Under the pieces are notes generated by a model. The model searched no databases and had not been told where the DNA came from. It was given only the letters and a program-made list of their open reading frames with translations. The position numbers and the translations under genes were made by a program. A DNA stretch of 64,000 nucleotides from a virus: IMG/VR virus record IMGVR_UViG_3300043331_002222. One strand, written 5' to 3'. Positions 1 through 8,791 of this stretch are shown in pieces. Numbering within the stretch: position 1 is the stretch's first letter; every line of letters begins with the position of its first letter.

Positions 1-71
1 CGCTTCCTCTCGGGTGCGGAACCAGCGCTGGCACCAGAGCCGGGAGCGGGTACGGGCTTTCGGTTCACCGT

Positions 72-2501
72 TCACTCAGGCCTCCACAAGAGCGGATCGA
101 CTACCCGCCAGCCCGTCCAGCGGCTCCCGTCAGAGCGGTCACGCTCGAACCCCGGCAGCTGCCCGAGGCGCTGGCTGAACTGCTTCAGCCCGGCTCGCTC
201 TCGCCAGGCGTCCGCGTCTCCGTGCTTCTTCAAGAAGTCCAGGTACGCGAGGTGGAACTCCTTCGTCCGCGCGCTCTGCTGGGCAGCCAGGGAGGGGTCG
301 TACAGCAGCAGGCCGTGTTCCTGCATCTGCCGCAGCACCTGGCTCACGTCGTCCAGGTCGTCGAACGCCGCGGCCCGCTCGAGCTGGAACTCGTGGGGGA
401 GGTCGTCCGCCGAGGCCCCGACCTGCTGCGCCCGGAAGCACCCCTCCACCAGCCTGCGGAGCAGGGCGCGCTGGACGCCCTCGTCCTCGAGGAACCGCTC
501 CCGCTTGTGCACGTCCTCCCGAGCCGGGCGCTGGTCGAACCGCACCACCACGAGGCGCTGGTAGACCGCCAGGTCGCTCCCCTTCACCCGGGGCACGCTG
601 TTCGCGACCACCACCGGGGTGAACTCGGGCACCCGCTCCAGGAACACGTCAGAGCGCATCCGCCGGGCCTGCATCGTCCCGCCCCCGGTCACCTGCTTCA
701 CCTTGTCCTCGTGGAGCTGCCAGGCGTGCCCGGCCTCCTCGCACAGGGCGACCCGGCAGTTCATGACCCGGAGCAGGTCCGGGCGGGGCTTGTCGTCCAG
801 GTTCCCCCTGAACAGCGAGGGACCGCCGATCCCGGCGTAGTCGCCCAGGGTCCGCTCTAGCGCCGAGGCCAGCTGGCTCTTCCCGGTGGTGGTCGGCCCC
901 AGCAGCAGCACCAGGTTCCGCCAGGGGTTGCCCCCGACGAGGCAGCTCCCCAGCACCCGGAACAGCACCTCCCGCCGCTCCTCTCCGGGGACGAACGTGT
1001 CGAGGTACTCGTCCAGCAGGGTGGACTCCGCTCCGGGGTCGTACTCGGTCGGGCACCACCTCGTCAGGAGGTCCGCGGGGTCCGGGTCGCGCGCCCCCCA
1101 CCCGGTCAGTGACAAGTCCAGGGTCCGTCCACCGCAGTTGAGCAGCCACGGGTGCTGGTCGAACTGGTCGAAGCGCCGCCCCAGGAACGGCTGGGCGTAC
1201 CGCAGGCACGAGGCGACGCCCTCGGCTCCCTCGAGCCGCCGGTTGCGCTGGCGCATGGTCTCCCGGAGCTCTTCCTCGACCTGCTCCTGCTCTCGCCACA
1301 GCGACTGGGCCAGCTCGCTGACGAGGAGCTGCGCCCGTTGGAGCTCGTCGTGTGCCCAGCGCCGGCCGTCCCAGCACAGCCACCCGGCCTCCGGGGTCCA
1401 GAGCAGCTGGCTGCCGTACCGGGCGACCAGGTCCGTGGCGTTCATGTAGTCGGTGTTCCGCTGCCGCTCGTCGCTGTGCACGACCGGGACCGTCCGAGCC
1501 TGCTCCTCCGTCTGCCCGTTCTGCCCGCCCTCGAGCACGGTCAGGAACTGCCGGGGGATCACCACGTCGCCGTCCGAGCGCGCCTCGTAGCGGTCGAACA
1601 CGTCGTTCACGAGCTCGGAGACGTCGTGCGCCGTCCAGGGCTCGCCCTCTCGGTAGGTCTGCAGGCCCTCCGCGACCCGGCAGGCCAGGCTCATCACCTC
1701 GGCCAGGGAGCGACCCCTGTCCCGCATCCAGCCGATGCCGCTCAGGAGCCAGTCGCGCTGCTCGCCCGCTGGGACCTCCGGCGCCCCCCTCAGCCACTCG
1801 TCAGGGCCGGAGAACACGGAGACACCTGCACCTCCACCGTTCTGACCAGCTGGTCTCTGCCTAGGCCGCTCCAGCAGCGCCCGCTCCTCGGGGAGGAGCT
1901 CGGTGGGTCGACACCACTCCAACCACCGGTAGAACCCGCCCGAGGTGTGATTCGAGGGCTCGACGAGGACGTAGCCACCCAGGCCCTTGATGTTCACCCC
2001 GGGGGACTTGCTGCCGTCCGGGAGCCAGAGCGCAGAGCGCCCGCCCGAGCCGAACCCGCTCGGGCAGCGCCGGACGACGTGCAGCCCACCGGAGCCTGAC
2101 TGCTGGTACAGGGTGGCTGGCGGGTCGAACCCGAACCGGGCGCGCCAGTCGTCCGAGAAGCGCTCGGTACGGGGGCCGCCGTTGCGGGGGTCGCAGTCGA
2201 TCACGAGGTCGTCGACGTCGAGTGCCCAGGCCCAGTTCGTCCGCGGCCACTGCGCGAGCCAGCCCTGGATCGTGGCGACGTCGGTAGTCGCGGCGTGCTG
2301 CCAGCCGCCAAGCCGAGGGTGCTTGCCGACGGCGGCGCAGTCAGGCTGCTGGCAGGCGCACGTCCCGTCGAGCAGTACCTCGTAGCAGGGGTGCACCCGC
2401 ATGCCCTGGACGGAGTAGTGCTGCAGCCACCAGGCTACGGTCTGCGGGTCCGCGCTATGGCAGGCAACTGGGTGGGTCAAGGGTGCGTCCCCTCGCCCCA
2501 C
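72..2501 (-). CDS. Bifunctional primase-polymerase fused to P4/D5-type SF3 helicase
   Basis: N-terminal Prim-Pol-like region (CACxxxxC..GKHP, WATTD, LVIDCDPRNGG, TGSGG-like QSGSGGLH, GGYVLVEPS); D5_N-like WLCWDGRRW; Walker A GPTTTGKS; exact start uncertain. Confidence 0.9.
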   Translation of the reverse strand: MGRGDAPLTHPVACHSADPQTVAWWLQHYSVQGMRVHPCYEVLLDGTCACQQPDCAAVGKHPRLGGWQHAATTDVATIQGWLAQWPRTNWAWALDVDDLVIDCDPRNGGPRTERFSDDWRARFGFDPPATLYQQSGSGGLHVVRRCPSGFGSGGRSALWLPDGSKSPGVNIKGLGGYVLVEPSNHTSGGFYRWLEWCRPTELLPEERALLERPRQRPAGQNGGGAGVSVFSGPDEWLRGAPEVPAGEQRDWLLSGIGWMRDRGRSLAEVMSLACRVAEGLQTYREGEPWTAHDVSELVNDVFDRYEARSDGDVVIPRQFLTVLEGGQNGQTEEQARTVPVVHSDERQRNTDYMNATDLVARYGSQLLWTPEAGWLCWDGRRWAHDELQRAQLLVSELAQSLWREQEQVEEELRETMRQRNRRLEGAEGVASCLRYAQPFLGRRFDQFDQHPWLLNCGGRTLDLSLTGWGARDPDPADLLTRWCPTEYDPGAESTLLDEYLDTFVPGEERREVLFRVLGSCLVGGNPWRNLVLLLGPTTTGKSQLASALERTLGDYAGIGGPSLFRGNLDDKPRPDLLRVMNCRVALCEEAGHAWQLHEDKVKQVTGGGTMQARRMRSDVFLERVPEFTPVVVANSVPRVKGSDLAVYQRLVVVRFDQRPAREDVHKRERFLEDEGVQRALLRRLVEGCFRAQQVGASADDLPHEFQLERAAAFDDLDDVSQVLRQMQEHGLLLYDPSLAAQQSARTKEFHLAYLDFLKKHGDADAWRERAGLKQFSQRLGQLPGFERDRSDGSRWTGWRVVDPLLWRPE

Positions 2502-2601
2502 CCCCGCGGTACTCCGAGGTGGAAGTCAGCACGCCTCGACCGTGGGGACGAGGCGCCCCTGGCAGCTGGCCGGGGGTCCACAGGATCTGGTTCACCTCGG
2601 C

Positions 2602-2630
2602 ACCCTACCACTCCTGGAGGTTTGCGACCA
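2602..2630 (-). promoter_or_regulatory. Candidate promoter upstream of primase (TGGTCG-N17-TAGGGT)
   Basis: One mismatch to the TGGAC[AG] -35 box seen at the other promoters; 17-nt spacer. Confidence 0.4.
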
Positions 2631-2685
2631 GAGCCGAGCGTGGTACAGTCTCCTTGTCCAGCTGGCTGGTTCACACCTCAGCTGC

Positions 2686-2717
2686 GAGAGGCCCCGCTTC
2701 CGCCAGCGGGGCCTCTC
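2686..2717. terminator. 12-bp perfect hairpin, probable intrinsic terminator
   Basis: GAGAGGCCCCGC-ttccgcca-GCGGGGCCTCTC just downstream of the 2730 stop codon; no clear U-tract. Confidence 0.6.
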
Positions 2718-2729
2718 CACGTCCCGGGC

Positions 2730-2993
2730 CTAGAAGTCGTGCAGGCACAGCGGGCAGAACCAGATACCGACCGCGGCCCGTACTGGCTGGTCCGGGTACG
2801 CCTCTCGCCAGGCCACCTCGAGGTCCTGGGCCGTCTGGTAGCTGTGTCCGCACTCGAAGCACACCTGGTAGGTCCGGTGGTCGTGGCGCTCGAGCTGGTC
2901 GTGCACCACGCAGTAGTACTCCCAGACGATGTCGAGCACCTGCTGCAGGAACCCCGCGAACGGGTCCGAGGTGGAGCGGATGGTGGTCTTCAC
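2730..2993 (-). CDS. Hypothetical protein with two CxxC motifs
   Basis: CFECG and CPLC; GTG start with AAGGAG RBS, overlapping the upstream stop. Confidence 0.65.
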   Translation of the reverse strand: MKTTIRSTSDPFAGFLQQVLDIVWEYYCVVHDQLERHDHRTYQVCFECGHSYQTAQDLEVAWREAYPDQPVRAAVGIWFCPLCLHDF

Positions 2994-3259
2994 TCGCTCT
3001 CCTTGGCTAGGGCGGCCCGGAGGGGCCGGAGGTCGACGACGGCGTACTGCTCGGTCCTGGTCGCCACGCTGTGGCCGAGGTACTTGACCGCGTGGTCGTA
3101 GCACTTCGGTCCCAGCGCCTCGGGCGGCAAGAGCTTGCCCCACAAGATGAACTCGGCCGGCGTCACGTAGGTCGCGAACGGCGCTGCCTCGTCACGGCAC
3201 TCCCGGCAGCACGTCAGTAGCGCTCGGGCCGCTCGCTCTAGGTCTGAGGTGGTCGCCAC
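2990..3259 (-). CDS. Hypothetical protein
   Basis: 3' part of ORF 2990..3550; start moved to VATTSDLE; coupled to neighbours. Confidence 0.6.
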   Translation of the reverse strand: MATTSDLERAARALLTCCRECRDEAAPFATYVTPAEFILWGKLLPPEALGPKCYDHAVKYLGHSVATRTEQYAVVDLRPLRAALAKESE

Positions 3260-3570
3260 CGTGGGTCTCCTCTCTGCAGGCCCTGGCCGTACGTCTCCCG
3301 CCACTCCTCGAGGCGGGTGACAGGGTCGACCGTGAAGCCGACCTGACCGTGGACGTACAGGTCGTAGAACTCCTGCGCCGCTCGGGTCTGGAGGGAGACC
3401 TGCAGGTGCAGCTGGCAGTAGAAGCACCGCCCGTCGTAACAGACGTTGGCGTCGTACGGCCGCTCGGGCTGGGTGCACGCCCACCAGCCCTCCTCGCCGA
3501 CCTTCGCGCTCAGGTCCGCTCCGTGCATCGGGTAGGTGTCGAGCTGCCACTCCTCGACGGGGACGGTCAC
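3238..3570 (-). CDS. Hypothetical protein
   Basis: GTGA overlap with the 3567 gene; globular composition. Confidence 0.6.
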   Translation of the reverse strand: MTVPVEEWQLDTYPMHGADLSAKVGEEGWWACTQPERPYDANVCYDGRCFYCQLHLQVSLQTRAAQEFYDLYVHGQVGFTVDPVTRLEEWRETYGQGLQRGDPRWRPPQT

Positions 3571-3800
3571 GTGCCCAGGTCTCCCACCGCGGAGTCCGCG
3601 ACCGCCCACGCGATCGACATGAGCGCGAACCCCACCGCCACCACCAGGGTGCAGACCAGCGCGTAGCGGGTCCGCTGGAACCGGGTGTCGTGGTAGGGCG
3701 GGTTGACCGCAGACAGGAAGCCCGTCACCACGAGGGCGAGTCCCGTGAGGAACCCACCCCCGACCACGATCGTCTGCCAGGGCTCGCTGAGTGCGATCAC
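3567..3800 (-). CDS. Small two-TM membrane protein
   Basis: Two hydrophobic segments; GTGA overlaps on both sides. Confidence 0.65.
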   Translation of the reverse strand: MIALSEPWQTIVVGGGFLTGLALVVTGFLSAVNPPYHDTRFQRTRYALVCTLVVAVGFALMSIAWAVADSAVGDLGT

Positions 3801-4078
3801 GGTGTGACCGCTCCGTCGTAGCGGGCCGACTGGTGCTCGATCGTAGTGAGCCGGCTCCCGCCCCGGTCGAGGGGGTTGCCCGGCTCCCGGTCGATGACGT
3901 GGAGCCTCGTCCCGTTGCGGTGGACGTCGTAGCCGGCCTGGGTGAAGTGCTCGGTGAGCACCTTGACCGCCTCCTCCCAGATCGCAGCCCGGTCCATGGT
4001 GCCGTACTTCGGCGCTCGGAGCTTGGCCTGAGCCTGCCGCATCACCTCGTTGGGCATACGGTCATCAGCTTGGATCAC
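3797..4078 (-). CDS. Hypothetical protein
   Basis: Stop/start overlaps with flanking genes. Confidence 0.65.
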   Translation of the reverse strand: MIQADDRMPNEVMRQAQAKLRAPKYGTMDRAAIWEEAVKVLTEHFTQAGYDVHRNGTRLHVIDREPGNPLDRGGSRLTTIEHQSARYDGAVTP

Positions 4079-4320
4079 AAGAGCTCCTCGGTCGGGTCGT
4101 GGTGGTCCGCTCCCTCGTAGCGCCAGCCCTGCTGCTCGAGGACCTCGCGGACCTCAGCCAGCGCGTTGCGCCGGCGGGTCTGGGCTGACCGTGACAGCGC
4201 GTGCTCCGGGTCGTGCCACTGCGGTGGGTGCACGAGCGCTCGGGCCATCCTCCACACGTAGGTCGGCTTCGTCAGCCGCTCTAGTAGCTGCTCGAGGTCG
4301 TGCTCGGTTGGTTTGGTCAT
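4075..4320 (-). CDS. Hypothetical protein
   Basis: ATG at 4320 overlapping the stop of 4317..4820. Confidence 0.6.
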   Translation of the reverse strand: MTKPTEHDLEQLLERLTKPTYVWRMARALVHPPQWHDPEHALSRSAQTRRRNALAEVREVLEQQGWRYEGADHHDPTEELL

Positions 4321-4820
4321 GCCGCTACCGTCCTCGGTTCGCAGGCCCTGACCTTGGTCACGGCCTCGACAGTCCCGTCGGCGATGGTCCGGGCGCTCGC
4401 CCGGAGCACGTCGTCTTGCTCCCACTCCTCGAGCGAGTCGAGATAAAGACCGATGTACCTGGACGACCAGTCGTCGTCGTTGACGCCGAAAGCCGCGAGG
4501 ACGTGCCGTGAGACCGACTCGGCCTCGAGCTCTCGCTGGTAGTCGGGACGGTAGCGCGCCCTCGCTTCTCCGTGCAACAGCACGTGGGCGAACTCGTGGG
4601 CCAGGACCTGGCACAGGTCCCAGGGCGGAAGGTCGCCGACGGTGACGTTCCGGTCCTCGAAGCTGGTCCGGCCCCGCAAGCCCTTGCGGGCGTTGTCGCT
4701 GCCGAAGTGCTCCAGGGCGAACTCGTCACACGCTGCTTGGCTGACGGTGAGGGTGTACCCCTCGTTGATGATGGCCTGCCCGATCATGCGGGCGACCCGC
4801 TGTGTCTGCATCTCATCCAT
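4317..4820 (-). CDS. Zincin metallopeptidase (IrrE/ImmA or ArdC-MPTase-like)
   Basis: LAHEFAHVLLH plus downstream ELEAESV; leaderless start MDEMQ. Confidence 0.75.
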   Translation of the reverse strand: MDEMQTQRVARMIGQAIINEGYTLTVSQAACDEFALEHFGSDNARKGLRGRTSFEDRNVTVGDLPPWDLCQVLAHEFAHVLLHGEARARYRPDYQRELEAESVSRHVLAAFGVNDDDWSSRYIGLYLDSLEEWEQDDVLRASARTIADGTVEAVTKVRACEPRTVAA

Positions 4821-4826
4821 GCGAAC

Positions 4827-4855
4827 ATCTTACACCTACTGACCGATGACGTCCA
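4827..4855 (-). promoter_or_regulatory. Promoter TGGACG-N17-TAAGAT, leaderless for 4820
   Basis: -10 box ends 6 nt before the ATG. Confidence 0.7.
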
Positions 4856-5615
4856 GCCCCTGGCTCAAGCGATCGAACACGTCCGTCCTGGCCGGGGATG
4901 GCGAGAGCTCCGGCTTCCGGTTCGGTGTCCGGCTCCCCCGAGCGCTCTGGTGCGCTGCTGGGCTGTACCACCACGGCGACGGCCCAGCGAGGGGTCCGGA
5001 GGGCTGGGTGGGATCCCAGCCACCCCGGTAGAGGAGCGCGACGAGCTCCTCGTAGGCCGTCTGCCAGTGCAGGTCCACGACGGGCAGCCCCCGCTCCAAG
5101 AATGTTCGGCGGATCAACTGGACCCTGGCCCAGCTCCGCCGGCCCGTGTCCTCGAGGTTGACCCCCTGGCGGGTCGGCCCCTGCCCGTTGTTGCGGACCA
5201 GCAGCCGAGGGAGGACCACGTTGACCGGGGTGTCCAGGAACGCGAACACGACCGGCAGGCCCGGCGCCCGCTCCTCCTGGAGGGTCCTCCACAGCTCCTC
5301 GCTCCGACCGATCACCAGGCTGGCCATCAGCCCCTCGAACAGCACGTGCTTGTGCCGGAGGCAGTGCCAGTGCAGCCACTCCCAGACCTTCTGGGTGGTC
5401 CCGCTCGAGAAGGCGTCCAGCCCCCCGGTCTTCGTGGTGGCCGAGTAACCGCCGAGGACGGCGAGGTCACCGGGGAGGAGCTGGGCGGTCAGCTTCGGGC
5501 GGAGCTTGTTCCACCCCCCCTCGTAGAGCTTGTCCACCGGCGGGTAGTCCCGCAGGAGCCGAGTCACGACCGAGGACTTCCCCGAGCAGCTCGAGCCCCG
5601 TACCTGTACGATCAC
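4836..5615 (-). CDS. P-loop nucleotide kinase, 5-hydroxymethyluracil-DNA-kinase-like
   Basis: N-terminal IVQVRGSSCSGKSS, AVLGGY..GGLD, VLFEGL, FAFLDTP..V..RLLVRN pattern; near an AADT-like gene; start moved to GTG 5615. Confidence 0.7.
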   Translation of the reverse strand: MIVQVRGSSCSGKSSVVTRLLRDYPPVDKLYEGGWNKLRPKLTAQLLPGDLAVLGGYSATTKTGGLDAFSSGTTQKVWEWLHWHCLRHKHVLFEGLMASLVIGRSEELWRTLQEERAPGLPVVFAFLDTPVNVVLPRLLVRNNGQGPTRQGVNLEDTGRRSWARVQLIRRTFLERGLPVVDLHWQTAYEELVALLYRGGWDPTQPSGPLAGPSPWWYSPAAHQSARGSRTPNRKPELSPSPARTDVFDRLSQGLDVIGQ

Positions 5616-5773
5616 CGTGGCCTCCTCGAGACCAGCCAGCTCCGGTGACGAGTGAACAGCCGGAAGTCGTAGCCCCACTCCCCCGTCTGGTACTCGACCC
5701 CGAGGCGGCGCCTACCACCCCAGTGGACGTAGAACGAGTGGAAGCTGTTCTTGGGTGGTCGGTCGAGGATCAC
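5612..5773 (-). CDS. Small hypothetical protein (53 aa, not in ORF track)
   Basis: VILDRPPKNSFHSFYVHW...; GTGA overlaps on both sides. Confidence 0.45.
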   Translation of the reverse strand: MILDRPPKNSFHSFYVHWGGRRRLGVEYQTGEWGYDFRLFTRHRSWLVSRRPR

Positions 5774-5970
5774 AGCGCATCTCCCCTCGTCCCGGTCCGC
5801 TTGCCAGCGCCCCGCCGGAGCTGTTCTGGGCCACCCTCGGTCGGGTCCGCCCCGCTACCGACCTCGGGCAGCCCCCGGGTGTCGCGCAGCCAGCGCCGGC
5901 CCTCCCGCCAGGTACGATGCCAGCTGCGAGGGCGCTTCGTGCCTTTGTGGTGCTGGCGCCGCCGGCTCAC
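5770..5970 (-). CDS. Small Arg-rich hypothetical protein
   Basis: Fills the gap with GTGA overlaps. Confidence 0.4.
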   Translation of the reverse strand: MSRRRQHHKGTKRPRSWHRTWREGRRWLRDTRGLPEVGSGADPTEGGPEQLRRGAGKRTGTRGDAL

Positions 5971-6422
5971 GTTTGGCCGTTCAGGAACAGGGTCGGCGCC
6001 GGGAGGCTGACCAACCACTCGTACTGGGCCTGGTTGGCTAGAGCGTTCGGCCGGCGAGAGCGCACCCAGCTGGCAGCCTGCGCCCCGCTGTAGCAGTAGC
6101 GCTCCCGGATGACCAGGGCTGCGACGAGGCAGGCTCGGTTGCGCCCAGCGTCACAGTGGACAGCGGTCCGGTAGCCCGCCTCGAGGAAGAACTGGACCTG
6201 CCGCACGGCGATCTGGAGCCCCTCCTCGTCGGGCTTCTTGCCGTCAGGTAGCGCGATGTGGCTCCACAGCCCCAGCTTCTGGAAGTCAGCGAGGACGTCG
6301 TCGGGCGGGACCCGGTGGTTGACGCTCAGGAGCGCTGTCACCCCAAAGCGAGTCAGCTGGTCCAGCCGGGTGGGTCGGCTCATGACCCAGAGCTGGTCGT
6401 CTACCTGCCAGGGACCGCTCAC
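5967..6422 (-). CDS. Dual-specificity/tyrosine-type phosphatase
   Basis: HCDAGRNRAC (HCx5R) loop, IALPDG general-acid loop, C-terminal RPNALAN..Q. Confidence 0.85.
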   Translation of the reverse strand: MSGPWQVDDQLWVMSRPTRLDQLTRFGVTALLSVNHRVPPDDVLADFQKLGLWSHIALPDGKKPDEEGLQIAVRQVQFFLEAGYRTAVHCDAGRNRACLVAALVIRERYCYSGAQAASWVRSRRPNALANQAQYEWLVSLPAPTLFLNGQT

Positions 6423-6667
6423 TTCGTTCCTCGCTTCCAGCGCTGGGCAGGCTTGGTACCCCACTGCACGTACTGCTCTCGCCACTCGTGATCGCGATGC
6501 TCGGTCCACCGGCTGAGCCTCTCTCGCAGTGACCCGTCAGCGACGTCGCGCTGCCAGGTGCGCCCGTTGCCGAGTAGCCAGGAGGTCAGGATTTCCCACG
6601 GTCCCCGGTACATGATCTGGAGGTAGAAGCGTCGCTGTTCGACGCTCCCCTTCACTCGGTTCGTCAT
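6419..6667 (-). CDS. Hypothetical protein
   Basis: AAGGAGACGAG-ATG start; overlaps the next gene. Confidence 0.55.
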   Translation of the reverse strand: MTNRVKGSVEQRRFYLQIMYRGPWEILTSWLLGNGRTWQRDVADGSLRERLSRWTEHRDHEWREQYVQWGTKPAQRWKRGTK

Positions 6668-6704
6668 CTCGTCTCCTTCTCGTCGTGCGGTCCAGCCTAC
6701 CACG

Positions 6705-7715
6705 TTAGTAGGCAACACCCTCGGGGTAGCGGGCGACCCAGAGGTCCTCGAGCTCCTTCCGCGGGCCGTTCCAACCGTTCACCTCGCCGAGCCACAGTGG
6801 GTCGAACACCTGCCGCCGCACGGTGTAGAAGCTGAAGTGCTCGAGCAGGTTGGTCTCCCACCGCGCCCAATAGTCCTCGGCCGTTCGGAAGAACATGAGC
6901 TCGCGGTCCTGTGAGCGGCCGGGGTACTTGTTCTGACCGCACGCCTGACGGTAGGTGCACAGCACCGTCTCGAGCTGGTACCAGTTCAGGTCGACGCCGC
7001 ACTCCTCGAGCCAAGCCTTGGTGACCTGTGCCAGGTCCTGCGCGATCGGGTCCGACAGCTTGGGAACCTGCTGCAGGGCTTCGGCGTGGCCCGGGAATAG
7101 CCGAGCCAGCGTCTTGCGGGGGTACTTGGCCCCGTCCGGCCGCATGTCGACCATCCGGGTCGCGAGCAGCCCCCGCTGGTAGAGGGTCTCGGTGGTCTTC
7201 ATCAGCGCGTAGCGGCCGAACCCCCAGGTCATCCCGTCGATGGAGTTCCACACGTCCTCGAACTGCTCCGGCCCCAGGTGTCGGACCACCGGCCAGTCGA
7301 CCTCGCACCACCGGCGCCAGGACTGCCACGCCTCGAAGAACCGCTGGCGACCCTTGACCGCTCGGCGCTCCTTGCGGATCGGCAGCCCCTCGCCCCAGTG
7401 CTCGTCGATCCACTTTGGAGAGAGGTCCAGCCCTCGCAGCAGCCAGTTCCACTGGGCCGCGGCCCCGGCGCAGGTGTAGCTGTTGACGAACGCGCCGGCC
7501 AGCAGCACGGCGGTCTCGTCGTCGAACGCCCGGAGGGCCTGGCTGGTCGTCCGGATCTGCGGGTCGGGTCCGCCGGCAGCCAGCTCCCACGTGACGTAGT
7601 CGAGGAACCAGAACCAGTGGTGGTTGCCATTGACCTGCGCCATGGACACGGGCTCGGCGAACCGCTGCCGCAGGTCAACGAGGCGCTCGAAGTCAGGTGG
7701 CGCTGTGATCGTCAC
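6705..7715 (-). CDS. Amino acid:DNA transferase-like protein (aGPT-Pplase2/AADT family, HhH glycosylase-like fold)
   Basis: GFGRYALMKTTETL and YQLETVLCTYRQ...KYPGRSQDRE motifs, C-terminal RRQVFDPLWLGEVNGWNGPRK; GGAGG RBS before GTG 7715. Confidence 0.75.
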   Translation of the reverse strand: MTITAPPDFERLVDLRQRFAEPVSMAQVNGNHHWFWFLDYVTWELAAGGPDPQIRTTSQALRAFDDETAVLLAGAFVNSYTCAGAAAQWNWLLRGLDLSPKWIDEHWGEGLPIRKERRAVKGRQRFFEAWQSWRRWCEVDWPVVRHLGPEQFEDVWNSIDGMTWGFGRYALMKTTETLYQRGLLATRMVDMRPDGAKYPRKTLARLFPGHAEALQQVPKLSDPIAQDLAQVTKAWLEECGVDLNWYQLETVLCTYRQACGQNKYPGRSQDRELMFFRTAEDYWARWETNLLEHFSFYTVRRQVFDPLWLGEVNGWNGPRKELEDLWVARYPEGVAY

Positions 7716-7971
7716 CTGCTGCCTCCTCCCGCCGGCGTAGCTCTTGGCGTACCCGGTCGTTGCTGGCGCTCGCAACGAACCAGACCAGCGCGACCAGTGC
7801 CGCGGTCAAGTACCACCGGAGGTCGCTCAACCAGATGCCGAGCAGTGACAACACGAACACCGCTACGAAGGCGACCCGGGTCACCCACTTGAAGATCACC
7901 CGAGACTGCTCGAGGCGGTCCGTCGTCGCTTCCCGGAGCATGCGCTCCGTCTCTGTCTTCCTGTCGTCCAC
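7693..7971 (-). CDS. Two-TM membrane protein
   Basis: Two hydrophobic helices; AAGGAG RBS. Confidence 0.65.
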   Translation of the reverse strand: MDDRKTETERMLREATTDRLEQSRVIFKWVTRVAFVAVFVLSLLGIWLSDLRWYLTAALVALVWFVASASNDRVRQELRRREEAAGDDHSAT

Positions 7972-7995
7972 GTCTCGTCTCCTTGGGTCGTCGAA

Positions 7996-8307
7996 CTACC
8001 GGCTGGGAACCGACCGCGGACCGCTAGCGGCCAGCACCTCGCGGTGCCTGAGCTGCTCGATCCGCTGCCGGCGCCGAGCGCGGCGGGCTGCGTGGAACGG
8101 CCAGACCACCACGCCGAGCAGCAGCCAGTAGCCGGCCACGACCATCCACACGGTCGTGATCAGCAGTAGGGCCAGGGGGAGCAGCGCTCCCCACCGCACG
8201 GCGGGGTGAACCTGGGGGTCCACCACCAGCTTCTGCCACAGCCGGCTGGCCGAGCCTCTGAAGGAGGCGGCCGACCGGGTGGCTTGCTCGCTCTTGAGCA
8301 TCACCAT
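7996..8307 (-). CDS. Membrane protein
   Basis: Long hydrophobic stretch; GAGGAG RBS before ATG 8307. Confidence 0.55.
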   Translation of the reverse strand: MVMLKSEQATRSAASFRGSASRLWQKLVVDPQVHPAVRWGALLPLALLLITTVWMVVAGYWLLLGVVVWPFHAARRARRRQRIEQLRHREVLAASGPRSVPSR

Positions 8308-8543
8308 CTCCTCGTCGTTGGGTCTGCTTCGTCCTCGCCTAGTCTTTCGAGGAACTGGATGCACTGCCAGCTCCACCAGCCGCCTGCGCCCAGTGCGAAC
8401 ACTACGGCCAGCGGCTTCCACAAGAGCGTGAGCAGCACGGTCAGGGCGAGCACCACCATCAGCCCGCCGAAGAACACCACGATGCACCCCACCAGTAGTA
8501 GAGCGCCGATGAGGACACCGCCGAGGGCACGGAGCCACTTCAC
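8301..8543 (-). CDS. Membrane protein
   Basis: Mostly hydrophobic 80 aa. Confidence 0.6.
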   Translation of the reverse strand: MKWLRALGGVLIGALLLVGCIVVFFGGLMVVLALTVLLTLLWKPLAVVFALGAGGWWSWQCIQFLERLGEDEADPTTRRW

Positions 8544-8791
8544 TGCCCGTCTCCGGGGGCGGGACCGATCGCTAGCGCTGGGGTCCAGTCCGCTGTGACT
8601 CCGTCGATCAGCCAGGTCAGGTGGACCGACCGGCTGACCGAGTCCCAGTCCCGCGCCACGAGCTGCGCTCCGGGCTGCGGTGGCTGGAACTCTGCGGTCT
8701 CCCAGTCCCAGAACCGGTGGGTCGGTTCGTCCTTCGGTCCCTCGAGGCGCTCGACGGTCACGTACGGCACGGTAGTCCGGACCAGCTTCAT
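8540..8791 (-). CDS. Hypothetical protein
   Basis: GAGGAA RBS before ATG 8791; overlaps neighbours. Confidence 0.55.
   Translation of the reverse strand: MKLVRTTVPYVTVERLEGPKDEPTHRFWDWETAEFQPPQPGAQLVARDWDSVSRSVHLTWLIDGVTADWTPALAIGPAPGDGQ

Noticed and set aside
6705-7715. Annotation as a base-excision repair glycosylase
   Set aside because: No Fe-S or GPD catalytic motifs of EndoIII/MutY; motifs and kinase neighbour fit the AADT family better
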